A program made the position numbers and the translations under genes. A DNA stretch of 64,000 nt. Source: Chrysomallon squamiferum (lineage: Eukaryota; Animalia; Mollusca). The notes beneath the pieces were generated by a model. That model had not been told where the DNA came from. It saw nothing but the letters and a program-made list of their open reading frames with translations, and ran no database searches. Shown here one piece after another: positions 1-14,200 of this stretch; the stretch's first letter is position 1, and every line of letters starts with the position of its first letter. The stretch spans positions 29,388,001 through 29,452,000 of the forward strand of contig CM022673.1 of NCBI GenBank assembly GCA_012295275.1. Reading direction: 5' to 3'.

Positions 1-76
1 AAATGACTACATCTGAAACTAAATCTTTCTTGTGAAAAATAAATTAATACTTGTTCATATGCTATCATTACAGACA

Positions 77-82
<6 letters not shown>

Positions 83-126
<44 letters not shown>
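83..126. repeat. (CA)n microsatellite
   Basis: Direct reading. Confidence 0.95.
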
Positions 127-130
<4 letters not shown>

Positions 131-193
131 AATACGCACACACACATATAAAAACAATGCAAATGCATTGCATGCATAATAAAGGATGTTGTT

Positions 194-412
194 TAACAAT
201 GTGATCAGAAATTTCTTTTCAAGAAGACATTTAAATTTGGAAGAACTATACTACACTAAATACTAAGAATACTAAAATGCAAACCAATTTATCAAGTTAA
301 CAAAGAATTCTGAAAAACCCAATGTAACAACTTTATATTTTAATCTACTATAATTAAATCATACATTTTCAAAAACAGACAATAATAGTTTGTCTGTTGT
401 GCATCTGTACTT
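194..412 (+). repeat. ~220-bp direct duplication, copy A (copy B at 2239-2452)
   Basis: Shared blocks aacaatgtgatcaga, aaagaattctgaaaaaccca, acaactttatattttaatc, aaatcatacattttcaaaa, tgtactt. Confidence 0.88.
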
Positions 413-541
413 AACACAAGAACTTATTCAACACAAGAACTTATCATACATATTTAAATTACTTATTTTTCTGTTAAGACATCAAACAGCATGTTTTATT
501 TCTTGTTATCAGAATATGGCTGATACTTTATTCAAACTCAC

Positions 542-643
542 CACCAAATTGTCTTCCTCTTGGTCTTCCTACACTTTCACGTTTTCCTTCACCTAGCACA
601 GTTATCACATCATGGTCTGGTTCTACAACAGAATTCTCCAGTC
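542..643 (-). CDS. Exon w22 (102 nt, phase 1-1)
   Basis: actcag acceptor, G|gtgagt donor; LENSVVEPDHDVITVLGEGKRESVGRPRGRQFG. Confidence 0.72.
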
Positions 644-3600
644 CTGAGTTTAAATAAAATCAATAATAATCATACAACAGTCTGCAAATCAGTAAGTAAT
701 AAGAAATATTTGGAATTTTTTATTTTTTTTTTTTTATTTATATATCTATTATTTCAGTATAAAAAACATTAAACAGAGAATATTTAATCTAAATACATGT
801 TAATTAACTTTAAAAAAAATCCAAAAAATCCAAAAAAATCTTCAGATCAAATAAGACATCTATTATTTAATTAGCTTGGGTATTTGTAATATTCTTTCAA
901 CAGAAACGTTTCATTATAAAAAAACTGAATGTAATATAATTTAATCTGTTTGATGTAAATACTGTCTTACTATATACATGCAAGGAGACACATAAAAATA
1001 AATCAAATTAATCAGAGAAAATATTTTATTTATCAGTGAATTTTTCTGATCAAAACTCTTTCATTGATAAAGGTATACTTATGAAGACTAACAAGGATTA
1101 TTGAATTTTGATGGTATTATTTAATTACAATTATCTCACCTTCACCTTCCTGCACTGTGTGAAAATGTTCTTCAGTCAAAGACCCCTCACTGATGATAGT
1201 ACCTTCACCAAAATCATCAGGTCCAGGCAGTGGCAGTGGAACTGAATCTGGCTCAGTAGACAAGTCTGGAACTGAAAACAGAACATCAATTTTAAAGTAG
1301 CAAATCCTATAACATACAATTCTATTACATTCTGGAAATGACTTTTTTTTTCCCCCAAATATTTAGAAAATCTAAGAATGAAAATTATCTCAACACATTT
1401 TAATGTATAAGATTTGAAATGTCTCTAAGTATAATGATGATATGAAAGAGCCATTCAGCTTTTATCATATCATGGGCTAATTACTGATTATCAGCCAAGT
1501 GATCATTAGTATATATATATATACATAAACCCAAAGCCACACATACATACATACTCAAGAAGACAAGACGATATGTAGTCTAATATGTGTATCAAGGAGG
1601 ATTGATCTTGCAACCAACCACACCATAGACCAATACTCTACACTTGAGCTAAAGCTAGTTCTTAAATAAAGAAATAATAATTCTGTAGGTACCTTCAGTT
1701 GTTGTTTCTCTTGATGGCTTTCTAGTGCTGGGCACTGTGGGTGCTTTGACATTCACCCCTTTAGAAGCCAGTGAAATTAGCTGCTCATTTCTGGCCACAC
1801 ACATGTCAAAGGTCATCTCCTGGTCTGACGTCCAGTCACTCTGTCCATCAGCTACCAAGTTGATCTCCCACCGGTATTTGGTCTTGCCTGGTGGACAGCC
1901 GATGCACTTTGTCTGCAGAGACACCTGACGATTAGCATTGACCCATCTCCCCTCACACTGCTGACAGTGGATGGTCAAACTGAAAACACAAAATATAAAT
2001 CTTAACCCAAAATTTTGTTTCTGTTATATATAAAATGCATAATGAGAAAATGAATATTTTAAAATATATAATATCAAATATAACAGGTTTATTTTTCTGA
2101 CTTGCTAAAAGTTAGGTTTAAAATTAATAATAGATATTAATTTCTTTGTTTTATTTTTTTTTTAATTTTTTTATATATATTTTTTATATTAATGTAATAT
2201 TAGATTAATTATAGCTTTTGAAATAATAAAAGATCTGGTTGAACAATGTGATCAGATAATTCTTTTCAGGAAGATTTTCTAAATTTGGTACAACAATTCT
2301 ACAATCAATACTGAGAATACTAAAAGGCATACCTATTTATCAAGTCAAGAAAGAATTCTGAAAAACCCAAGCCAACAACTTTATATTTTAATCAAATCAT
2401 ACATTTTCAAAAATAGTAAGCAATATTTTGTCTATTTAGCAATTGTACTTACTCAATAATATTATGGTCAGGAACAACATGAACCACTTGGTTGGTCCCA
2501 GACTGTTTGTGTTCAGTTGTAGATACAGTAAGATTGAAGAGAAACTCCTGTTCATCATTTCTCAACCAGCTTGCAGGAAAACTCAGAACAGAGGTGTTCA
2601 TTAGAACACTGTCAACTCTAGAACTGTTGAAACACGTCTGAGAAGAAGATTTTAATGTGGTGCAGTTCCACTGGAATCTAAAATTTAAAATGTGAAATAT
2701 TCTACTGTACTGTTCACATATCATTAATATATTAGAAATAATGATTGTAAAATATGAAATATTCAACTCTACTGTTCATAAGACATTAATATATTAGAAG
2801 AATAAATAATAACTGTAAAATCTATTATATAAAATGTGAAATAATATTGTTCTATATCTTTCGTGTATATCACTATCTCTGTTTATAGTCATAGATTAAA
2901 TAATTATTGTAAAATCTTAAAATAAACAATATGAAATATTCTATCAGTACATTTTATATATGTCTAATATATCTGCCTACAGTCAGAAGTTTGAAAAACA
3001 AAATTGCCTGATTATAGGTAAACTTCATTATTTTAGTTTTCATCAATAAACTTTGTGATTTTAGTGGGATTTTTCATAAATCTTTATTATCTTAGTTTTC
3101 TTCAGGATTACTTCTGATGTCTAGCTTTCAGTGTTTTTAAGGGAGAGAAATCCAATCTAAGAGACTACTCATTTATAAAAGTGATTGCTATGAGTAAGAG
3201 GTTTCTGACCACTCACTTCATGTTAGCCTGGTCTGACTGATCAGGATCAGTGGAATCTGACCCATCCAGCACCAGCGTGCTGCCTCTGCTAATCCTGCGT
3301 AACACTCCTCCTTTGATAATGCTCTTCAGCGGAGTGGAATATATTCTGACAATAGCCCCCTTCTCAGAGTAGACCAGAGGAGAAGTATTCTGCATCTGGA
3401 CCTACAGTTAGCAAGCAGTTTGTGGTGACAAAGTCTCATTCATGCAATAAAAATCTTAATGTTATTTAATAAGACATAAAAAGCGATGTTTTGATGCAAA
3501 TGAAGCTGTTTCACAAAAAATTAAAATTTAGAAAAAAAACAGTTTTTAAAAATATAAAATAATAAAGACCTCATTTAAAAACAATCTTAAAACTATGTTT

Positions 3601-6600
3601 ATATATTGGCTAATCAGTGATTTGATAAATATAATCAAAACCAATAAAAAATTAAACAAGTTATAAAATAAGTCTTTCAAGGGAAAAAATACAGTTTTCA
3701 AAAACACTTTTATTTACAATACCTTCTTAAATAAACATTGTTTTTTTATGTCTTTCTATGTGCAGAAAGATTAAATTATAAAAAAAATGTATAAAGAAGA
3801 TTAAAACATAAAAGGAATGGTGATCAGATTAGACAGTCTAGCTGTAGTGACTAAAGAATTCTCACCATCAACTTAGCCTTGTACTTTCCGTAGGGCAAAG
3901 ACTTAGCTGGAAGGATGAGAACTTGGCGGTACATTGTCTCAGAATCTTCAACAGAAGGAAATATCACAGAGCCAGTTTCAGCATCATAGAATGTCCATGA
4001 ATACACAACCTGGGATGTGACTGTACAGTTCACAATGACTTTGGATTCAATGTGTACCATTTCTGACTGTAGAAAGTTAAACTGAAAACAGAAGTGAGTT
4101 TGATATTATCAGCACCAAAACAGGCATTCCTAACACATAGTAACTGATGAAATGTTTCGAAGAGTCATCACCAAGACAATCCAATGAGAGTACAATTAAC
4201 AAGAATGTGAAAAAGAATGCAAATTAATTTCAATCTTTGCAACAAAAAACTGAAACACCATATATTCTTTCTTTCAACAAAAATAATGGGTATGATGAGT
4301 TGGAAACATGATACAAATATATATCTGAACTCTAATTCAAATACCTGCATATTTATTTATTTTATTTTTCCCTTTTATATAAAAAATAAAATCTAAACAC
4401 GATTCAACTGTCATCAAACAATGAGAGTGCAATTAACAAAAATGAATTGCTCTATATTATTATTTTATTTGTATTTAAATACACACACATTATTAAGTGC
4501 TGAATTCATGATTTTTATAAAGTAAAAAAGAAATAAATTACTCTTTTTTTCTTTCTTTTTGAAGCAATAAGCTCGTGGATTGATTAATTGCTACTTGGCG
4601 GTATTAAGGACAATCAGAATGGCTGGAGGCTTAGAAAGAGATTCAATAAAGAAATCAAAGACAGATGAGCTGTCTGCTTATGACAAAGTCAACTGCCATT
4701 TTGTAAAAGACAAATCTCAGAAAAAAAATTAAAATAATAAAAAATTGAACAAAGGAATGTCTTGTTGATGATTCTTCAATACGTTTTGTCAGATCAGGTT
4801 ATGTGTCAAGAATGCTTTTTGTTTTTGTTTCTTTTTGTATTCTGATAACAATAACAATAACAAACACCTACTGTAGCTATTCCATGTGTTATTTCTGTCA
4901 GTCAGCAGTGAATTATATTGTATATAAACCTTCCCAGAAACTGGAGCATGCAAACCAAACAGTCAGAGTGGTGTTTGGTAAAAAAAAAAAAAATAACAAT
5001 GAAGGACTGAACCAGTGATTTATCAGTGTATGTCAGTGTAATAACTGAAATATAGCGCACACAAAAAATAATCAAAAGCAATAAACATTAACTCTTTTTT
5101 TTTATAAGTCTACTAAATGCAGTGTCAGTTAAGTCTTTTTAAAGTTCAACACAATTAGTTATACCTTTCTTTAACATTTTCTTATATTCAAATATAAATA
5201 CCCAACATGGCAGGATTAAAAAGTTTTATTCATTTTCATACTTTAACTGGTTTCTGAATAGTAATACTTAATGTTTTTTGTTCTTTTTTCTCTCTTATTT
5301 ATTTTTTTAAACAAAAGAAGAAAAAAAAGGCTATTATACATTTTCATTGAATAAATACAAGGTAATCTGAAACCAAAAAGCACCTCAACACAACAATAAT
5401 AACAAAAATAATCAATTCTGCAGTTATTCAAAACTTTAAAAAATAATTAAAAAATAAAAACAATTCTTTTCTTCTTTTTAAAATAAAAAAAAGTCTCTTT
5501 AGCCTGTTAATTATGCAAGAACAAACAAATTATATGACTTTGTACTGTAACTGGAAACTTACTGTGGGAAGGTTTTTCCCCTGTGGTTGGACAATGGATA
5601 TTTTTGGTGGTTTGCAAACCTGCTGCAGAACAAACAGTCTGAGACTGACCCATGTTGAACTGACAGGATTGCTGGCTGTTACATTGACCACATACTCTCC
5701 AATCCTGAAACAAACAGAACAAAATTTAACTAAAGTATGATCCAGTTTATGACCAAGCCAAAACAAAACAAAAAAACAAAACAAAAATTGAAGTATTATA
5801 TTTAACTGGTGTCCAAAATCTATTTAATTCTTAATTACCAATAAAGTGTTGAAATTTTTTTTTTTTTTAAATACCATATATGTTTTTACCCAAGCTAGCA
5901 CAAAAATTTGGCGTAAAGATAACGTTTTCTTTTTAATAATATAATAAGAAAGAAAAGAATAAAACTATTTAAAAAAAATAAAGTAAAATAAAAAAAATAA
6001 AACAATATACTTTATAATGAAACTGCTGAAAACCATGCAGGGCAGTTGATTATAATGACAATAAAATATACATGTAATTTATATTTCCCAAATGGCTCTC
6101 AGTGATAAAGAAAAGACTTGACTCAGTTAAAATAGTGGCTTAATCATCATCCAGTTACTGATTTTAATTATCAGCTGCTAAGTGTTTTTCATTGTGTATT
6201 ATTCAGCCAAACACACTGGTTTTAATTAAATGACTTAGATTATATTTTATAACTTAAAACCAACACAATGGACATTCTGTTCTAACATTACAACATACTT
6301 TTCACATGTAAAATTTACACGTTTGGCACACTAAAATACACTGTGGGTTATAAAGATGAAATATATTGCGATGGCTTTGTTAAAACACATCAGGAGCTTT
6401 AACACAGCCAACATAATGCATTTCATTAAGTCTGTGTCACTGCAGAAACACTGTTTCAATGCAGTGTATTTTTCTTATATACAAGCTGTTGGCTTTGAAA
6501 ATAAAACATATTTGTCTTTGTTAAAACACAGCATGCATTTTGACAACCCAGTATATTTTATAGGTCTGTAATATTTAATTTCAGATAAAACAGTACTTTA

Positions 6601-9600
6601 GATCATAAAACTCCCTTTTTCATCACTGACAAAAGAAAAATTTTATATAGTCAAAACAGTATTTTAATATATAAAAAAAAGTAATTTAATTCATAAAAAA
6701 ATTATTTTATCATTGACAAAACAATAATATAAAAAACTGTATACAGACAAAACAATATTTTAAATAATAAAATATCTTATTTCATCACTGTCAAAACAGT
6801 AATTTAAAATAGAAAACTCCCTATTATATAGACAAAACAGTATTTTAAATAATAAAACTTTTTATTTCATCAGTGACAAAAAACAGTGTCATGCCTAAAA
6901 CATGCTTTATTTTAGACAACTTCTGTCCATCTTAATACACACAAAGACTGCTAGACCAATTAGCTGACCACTAAACACTCACTGATCTGCTACTGTGGGT
7001 ATTTTTTTCCTCCACTACTATAATCAATGTTTGCCTTGACACTTTAATAAAAATCCTCTGTCACAAGGAGCTTGTACAAAGTAGATAACCTGTTCGTCAA
7101 ACAATGACTGTTAAAGCTGATTGAAAAAAATTAATATGATGGATTGTGCACGGTCCCAGAGCTTCAATCAGTTTGTGCTTCTTTCATTTCGAGTTCTAAT
7201 CTAACAATTACATTAAGGAATCAGTAACAACCTACGCAATCAATAACATTTGTTCTCTCCTCTCACTACACAAAATGAAACTATCTTCCTCTGTTAATTG
7301 TGTGTATTGTGATCCAGAGGGAAGCATAAAAAGTATCAACCAGTGCGTAATTTGTAAAGCACTGGCTGCTCTTTTTAAACTGCTGTTGATAATTCTGAAA
7401 ACATTGTAATTTTTTTTTAATTACTTTTAGGATTGTTTCTGCCATTCATTTTCTTTTCTCATTTTCCTTTTTTAACAGTGACCTTTTTGTTTTGTTTACA
7501 CACAGGTTATTTTTGTTCTTTATTACTGAGCTTTTTTTGACTGTGCCTTTATTTGTTATATTTATTTTTTACTCAGTTTGAATATTAATTTCTCAAAAGT
7601 AACAGTTTGAACAACTACTTCTTACTCAATTAATTTTGATGTCTGTATTTTATTTATTGGAACATCACTGAAAAAGTAACTGTATTATCCTAATTTAAAA
7701 TCTTTTCATTGTTTAGAATTTGGTTTTACTACATAACAGTTAAAAAGGATCAATTTATCTATATATACTATGCATTAACAAACAAAAACAATTTTTTTTT
7801 TTTTTTTTTTTAATTTATGGAAAGTATGATCTAAAATGGTAGAGGAATGAATAATTATGTAAAAATTATTAGTTTATTTAAGGTCCTGCTCCATGACAAA
7901 ATAAAGAGAAATAAAAAATACTAATAACTTACTTTTGGAAGATGTGACACACTGTGCTGTTAGTTACAGTGTAACTTGGACTTCCATCTCCGAAGTCCCA
8001 GGTGAAGTTCATGTGATCACCCTCCCAAGTCGTAGCTGTGAAGTTAATTCTTTTCATCACCAGGCTGTCACCAAACGATGTGAGGCTGAGTTTACGAATT
8101 CGACTGACAATCTGCAGATCAACAGGATTGGAAACAGCTCGACTGTAACAGTTCTGTGCAGACACTGTGACTGTGTAACTGCAGAAAAATAAAAAATAAA
8201 CAACTGAAGTTTAAAAATGAAAACAAATTAGTAGAGATTTGAATATAACAGCAATTAAATACTGAAAACACAACTGAAATTATGATCAAAATTAAAAACA
8301 AAATAATGTGGGTTTGAAAACAGTGAAATAACTGAATTATGTATTAAATATATATGACAATCATCTAGATTGTAAATCTGAATGTAAATCTGTTCAAATA
8401 ACAAAGTGTGATGGGTACAACTTAAGAAAACACGTATATTAATTATTGCAGCAAATCCAATGACTAAGAAGGAAAATTAATATTTTCACTGTTTTCTGCT
8501 GATTACTCAGCTGCAAGTATTTATAGAAGATCTCATCCTAGATGACAAACAACAGATGAGCAATTCACAGGAAGGAAATCAAAAAAGAAAAAATACAAAA
8601 TAAATGAGGTTTAATTATTTCTAAAATAATTTTTGTTGTCTACATGAATAAGACAATTATTCCTGAAGTTATCAACACACTAACCTTCCAGATCTTGAAA
8701 ACGTGTAGGAAAGAGCATTTTTCTTCTCTTGATAAACATTCTGGTCAAAATCCCATGTGTAATACTCCACAATGCCTGGGATGTCAGGAAATGGGGTGGC
8801 AGTGTATAATGCCTTTTCACCAGTTGCTAGTGTTGTTTTGGGCACAGTGAGGTTCACTCCTTGTATTTCATCCACAACGTACACCACGGCAAAATCAGAA
8901 ACCTCATCCACTTCATTCTTTGCTGTCACCTGAATGGTTCTTTTGCCTGCTGTTCTATATTGGTGTTTTATGTTTGGACCTGACATAGCAAAAATAAATT
9001 AAAAAATAATTTTTGAAATAAAATGTTAAAAAGATAATTTTTGAAGGCAGAGAAAATTAGAGAGTGAGAGAGTGAGAGGAATGAAAGGGAATGAAAAAAG
9101 AGAAGAGAAAGGAAGGAAAGAAAGAAAGAAAAGGAAAGGAAAAGAGAAAAGAAGAGAATATAAAGATAGAAAGAGAAGAAAAAGAAAGGAAAAGAAAAGA
9201 GGCGAGAGAGAGGAAAGACAGATACTGACAGAAAGGCAGACACAGAGAAAGAAATGCTCCTAACATCAATTATTTTTAATCTAACAGATATTAATTATGC
9301 ATTTTGTAATGATATAGATATATATATATATATATATATATAAAAAGACAAATTATCTGGATTCTCATTACTTCAAACTAATTCCTAACATACATAGTTT
9401 TAACAAAATGAACAATCTTTAAACGAAATTACATTTTTTTTTTTTTAATTCTTTTTATTTTTCATTGTGCAATTTTGTAAAACCGAATCATTTATGGTAC
9501 TTCACTGATCCATAAATAGCTATCATTTTTCAATAGAACAATTTGTGACCTGATAATACACATACACTTATAGTGAAATAGCTGGGATCTTATTTAAAGT

Positions 9601-11261
9601 AAATCAATAGAGAATACAAAACATTGAACTGGAGGTAATCAACACTTATTGACAAAAACTTTATTAGATTCAGTAAGCAAATAATCTAGTGGTTTTCTCA
9701 CCCAAACATTAATTGATCAGTTAATGATATGTGACAAACACATCTTGAAAGGATTTTGCAAAGGTTTTATTAAATATCTATTTATTGATAGCCTAAACCA
9801 TATTTTTTATACACATTTTTAAGAGGTAATTATTGAAAAGGCATAAATAGGAAAATAAAACTGTGGTTTGGGATGTTTTGGGGGTTTTTTTTACAGATAA
9901 AACTGCACCGAAATGGCTTTTAGTAAATATATCATATTTTGAAATATAAATTAATATTAAGGAGAAAATTTAATGTTTATCATTGCTAATATGTTTTGTT
10001 TTGTTTGTTTTTTTCCTTATTTCCTTAGTTTGAATTAGCATATTTATGAATATTACACTAAACACAATAAAAAAATTATTAATGACATATTCCAACCCTT
10101 GTAAAGATAATATATCAAATTTTCTAATATCAGATAAATATGTTAAGAATAATTTTGGACATATTATGTTCTCACACACATATACATATAAAAAAAAAAA
10201 AAAAAAAAAAAGAAACCCACCAATATATAATAAACAATATATAATATATACATATATATCTGCATGAAATTATCTGAACCCAATAACATAAGAATGGTTA
10301 ACTGAAGAAATATAACAAAACAAAAAAAATACTTGAACATGAAAAAACAAAAATAATTAAGAAACAAAAGAAACCTCAAAACCCTAAAAAAAATATTTAA
10401 GAAATTAAAACAACCAAGCCAATGTAAACCATACCTGCATTTACTAGTTCTGTCTCATCATCCAGTAGCCAGGTGTATGTGACATTTGTTCCCTGTGTTA
10501 CTCTTGCATTGAAATACGTAACATCTCCGAACTTAGTACAGTACTCTTTCGTATCAAGCAGTATGTTGCCAACAGGGGGCACTTGCACATAAAACGGCGT
10601 TGGCAAGCTGACTGTCATGTTGCCTAGTGGATTCACAGCAGTTACTTGAACATCGTAAATTCCAACTGAAATTAATTATGATTTTACAGATCCACATTAA
10701 ATACTGAATACTTCATTGGACAATAAAGCTTGTAATATCCTGGTGTTAGTTAAATAAATGTATTAACACAAAATAATTGTGTTTCATTCTGTTTATATTA
10801 AACAAAAATAGACATTTAATATTTTGCATGTAAACAATACAAAACTAATGTCTATATGAGAGAGCGTTTGTCAGTTATACTGAGTATTATATCACTTAAC
10901 AAAAAGAAGAAGAAAACAAAAGATTTTTACTCTAACATCACAGTAACATAATTTTCAAATGTGTTATGCTTATAAACATTATTTTTGTTACAAATACCTG
11001 ATAATAATCTAGCTATTACTGTACCATTAAAATTAAACTGTTACCAGATGCTGTTGATTACAGATATTACATTCACATATGTGTATTTATGTGTGTGTGT
11101 TTTGTGTGTGTGTGCATATGTGTATGTATATATGTATCAGCATATGTGTATTTGTGTCTTCTTTTCTTCTGTTTTTTTTTTTTTGAATAGTGCAATAGTG
11201 AAGAAAAAAGTTTAATAAAAACCACAAAAGAATTTATAAAAAATACATATATATTCACGTG

Positions 11262-11292
<31 letters not shown>

Positions 11293-14200
11293 AGTCACTC
11301 ACTCATACATATTCATACACATGTCCATTCATACACACACACACACACATAAATGCACACACAAAATCATTGATAACAGTACAATTATGGACACCGTTTC
11401 ATCATTAGAAATTAAAACACATCATCAAACAAGCAAACTAAAGTAACTAAGGCTACTTTAATGATATAATTTTTTTAAGGACAGCAGAATAAAACAAATC
11501 AGATCAATACCTTCTGTGTAGACATGTCTGGCCTGCCCCACTATGTGATGAAACATATTTAGAGAACCATTAACTGTTTGAGTGGATCCATCACCAAAGT
11601 CAAACAGAAAACTTGCATGTGAACCTTCAATGACCCTGAAAAATAATTAACATTAAATTTTGATCAAATCTAGATTACACAGCTCCAATTAAGAAAAAAA
11701 TTATTGAAATATTTTTATGTAATTAACTCTCTTGAAATATAGCCAAAAAAACACCATACTCTTTTTAAACTGAATTAATTTGCTAAAAAAAAAATAAAGA
11801 AATTTCTTTCTTAATTCAAGCATTAGGAAATTAAAATATTTAAAAAGTATTAGTGTCTGAATGTGTGTGCACAGGAATGTGATCAAGTAAAATCAAATTA
11901 AATAATTAGCTATATGTAATTTTCATTACCTCTGCAACCTACTAATTACTACAATCAACTAAAAAAAGTTGTACTTTTTTTAATCATCATGGATACAAAT
12001 GTTACCTGGAAATGTTTAATTTTTTTTTAATGTTACAATAAATATTTGCTGACCAAAATAAATAAAAAATTATATAAAAATAGTAAATAAATAAAGATAA
12101 AAAAAAATTATAACAAATATTTATTAAAAAACAAATTAAAATTATTTTTTTTTACATTATAAAAATATTTGTTGAACAAAATAAGTTTTATAAAAAAAAA
12201 AAAAAAATTTAAGATAATAAATAGATAAATAAATAATACAAGAAAAATAACTTACTTAGCTACGAATACCACTTCAGCAGTTGCTTGGTGAGGTGCCACA
12301 CCTAGTAACGGAGCTCCTGAAGTCTTGTGGGTGAACAAGACATTTTTGATCTCTTCTACAGCCAAGAACTTGAAGGGCAGTTCTTTGACCAGTGGCTGCT
12401 GGTACACTGGGTTAGAGATGTGGACACTGACCTGGTACTCGCTGGGCACATTAAACATATACTTGACAACACTGGAGTTGTGGTCACTGAAAGAAAAACA
12501 GCATTAATTCAGACTGTGTTAAGAATTTATGCTTCTGAAAGAAAAAAATATAAAATTAGTTCCAAAATATGTTTGCAAGAGCAATTAACTATTAAATGAA
12601 TATGAACATTTTTATCTTGGCTAAGTATTTTATCACAGAAAATCATATTCGGAAGCTTAACTATAAATCTGAAGATTTATTGTAGAAACCAATTAATTAT
12701 TAATAAAAATAATATAAAACTGTTAAAAACGAATGCTTCCAAATATCATTGTCTGTAATTAAAGATTATTAACTAATATATTTTTCATAAAATGTTCCTA
12801 CAAAACATATTAACTGTTGTCTGTAACTGGTTTGAGAGCATTCTTTGCAGCAGAAAATGATTTTGATCGATAACTTCACTTAGCCATATTTCAGCTAAGC
12901 ATTAATAGGTCCCAACAGTGTAATGAAGTAATTGTTGAAAATAGAAATCACAACCTAACCATAACAATGTGCTAACAGAAATATATTTCAATCAATACTG
13001 TACAGAGCTTGTAAAATGTTTTTCCATCACATTTCATAACAATCACTGAAATGTTACCTTATGGCATGGCAAGTGACCATCAAAAGTGCTTCAGCAAGTT
13101 CATGGTGATTTAGTTTAGAAAACATGTATAATCTGTACCACTTACAAACTTTAACTTGTTTGTGGGACAAGAACAGGCTATTGGTGATCTGTCCCAGTTT
13201 TAATGAGGTAGAATACCAGCTTATAAGTGAAGTTATTTGGCATGTGAATACAGAATCAAATAGTTCTGGTTTTTGCCTTCCTGTAAACATTTTCTCTATA
13301 ATCATTCAGTTCATTTAATACTGATAATAAATAACACATTCAAAATATGTTTTAAATGATATTAATTTATGCTTTACCTTCTTATTTTGCTGTATTTATA
13401 TTTTTCATTGATTTTTTCTTTGTTTTTTAATTATTTTTCTTGAAAATTAATTATTTTCTTTATTTGCTTTCTTTTTCTATTTTTTATTAGTATTTTTATT
13501 ATTGTTCTTGTTATCATTAACATTATCATTACTGTTATTATCATCATCATTATAATCATTACCATCATCATTATCTTCACTTAATTTGAAACTCACCTGA
13601 AAACTTCAGGTTTTTCAAAGCTGGCTGAACCATCAGCATGAGCGAGTTTCCACTGGAAGAGAAGATCTTTACCCGAAGACACAGCGACTCTGACAACCAC
13701 AGGAGTCATCAGGGGAACAATGGCAGGAGAGCTGGTGAACAACGTGACATTCCGAATTGCTTCACCGACAACAGCCACTGCCTCGCTGTGTGCATCAGAC
13801 ACAGTGTTTGACACATTCACCTGCACAGCATACTCTCCAATGCTGGCATACCAGTGCAGGACTGAAACACAATACACAGGGTAACTCTTGCGACCTTCAC
13901 CTTCTTTTACTGTCTTCACACTCAAGTCTGGTGATTCTGATGACAAGACTGCTGCATTTCCGTCTCCGAAGTCAAACGACACGACAAACTCTCGTCCTCC
14001 ATAAATTGTAAGTGTGATGTTGGTCACAGACCCATGGATTGTCACAGGAACGTTCAGCTGTATGTCGGTTATAGGATACTGGATAACAGCACTCATGGAG
14101 GCTTCAGCTGAGCTGATGTCATTCTTAGCTCGAACGGTAATTTCCAGAATCTCTGGCTTTTCAAATGTATGGAAGCTGTACTGTAAATACAAACAGAAAT

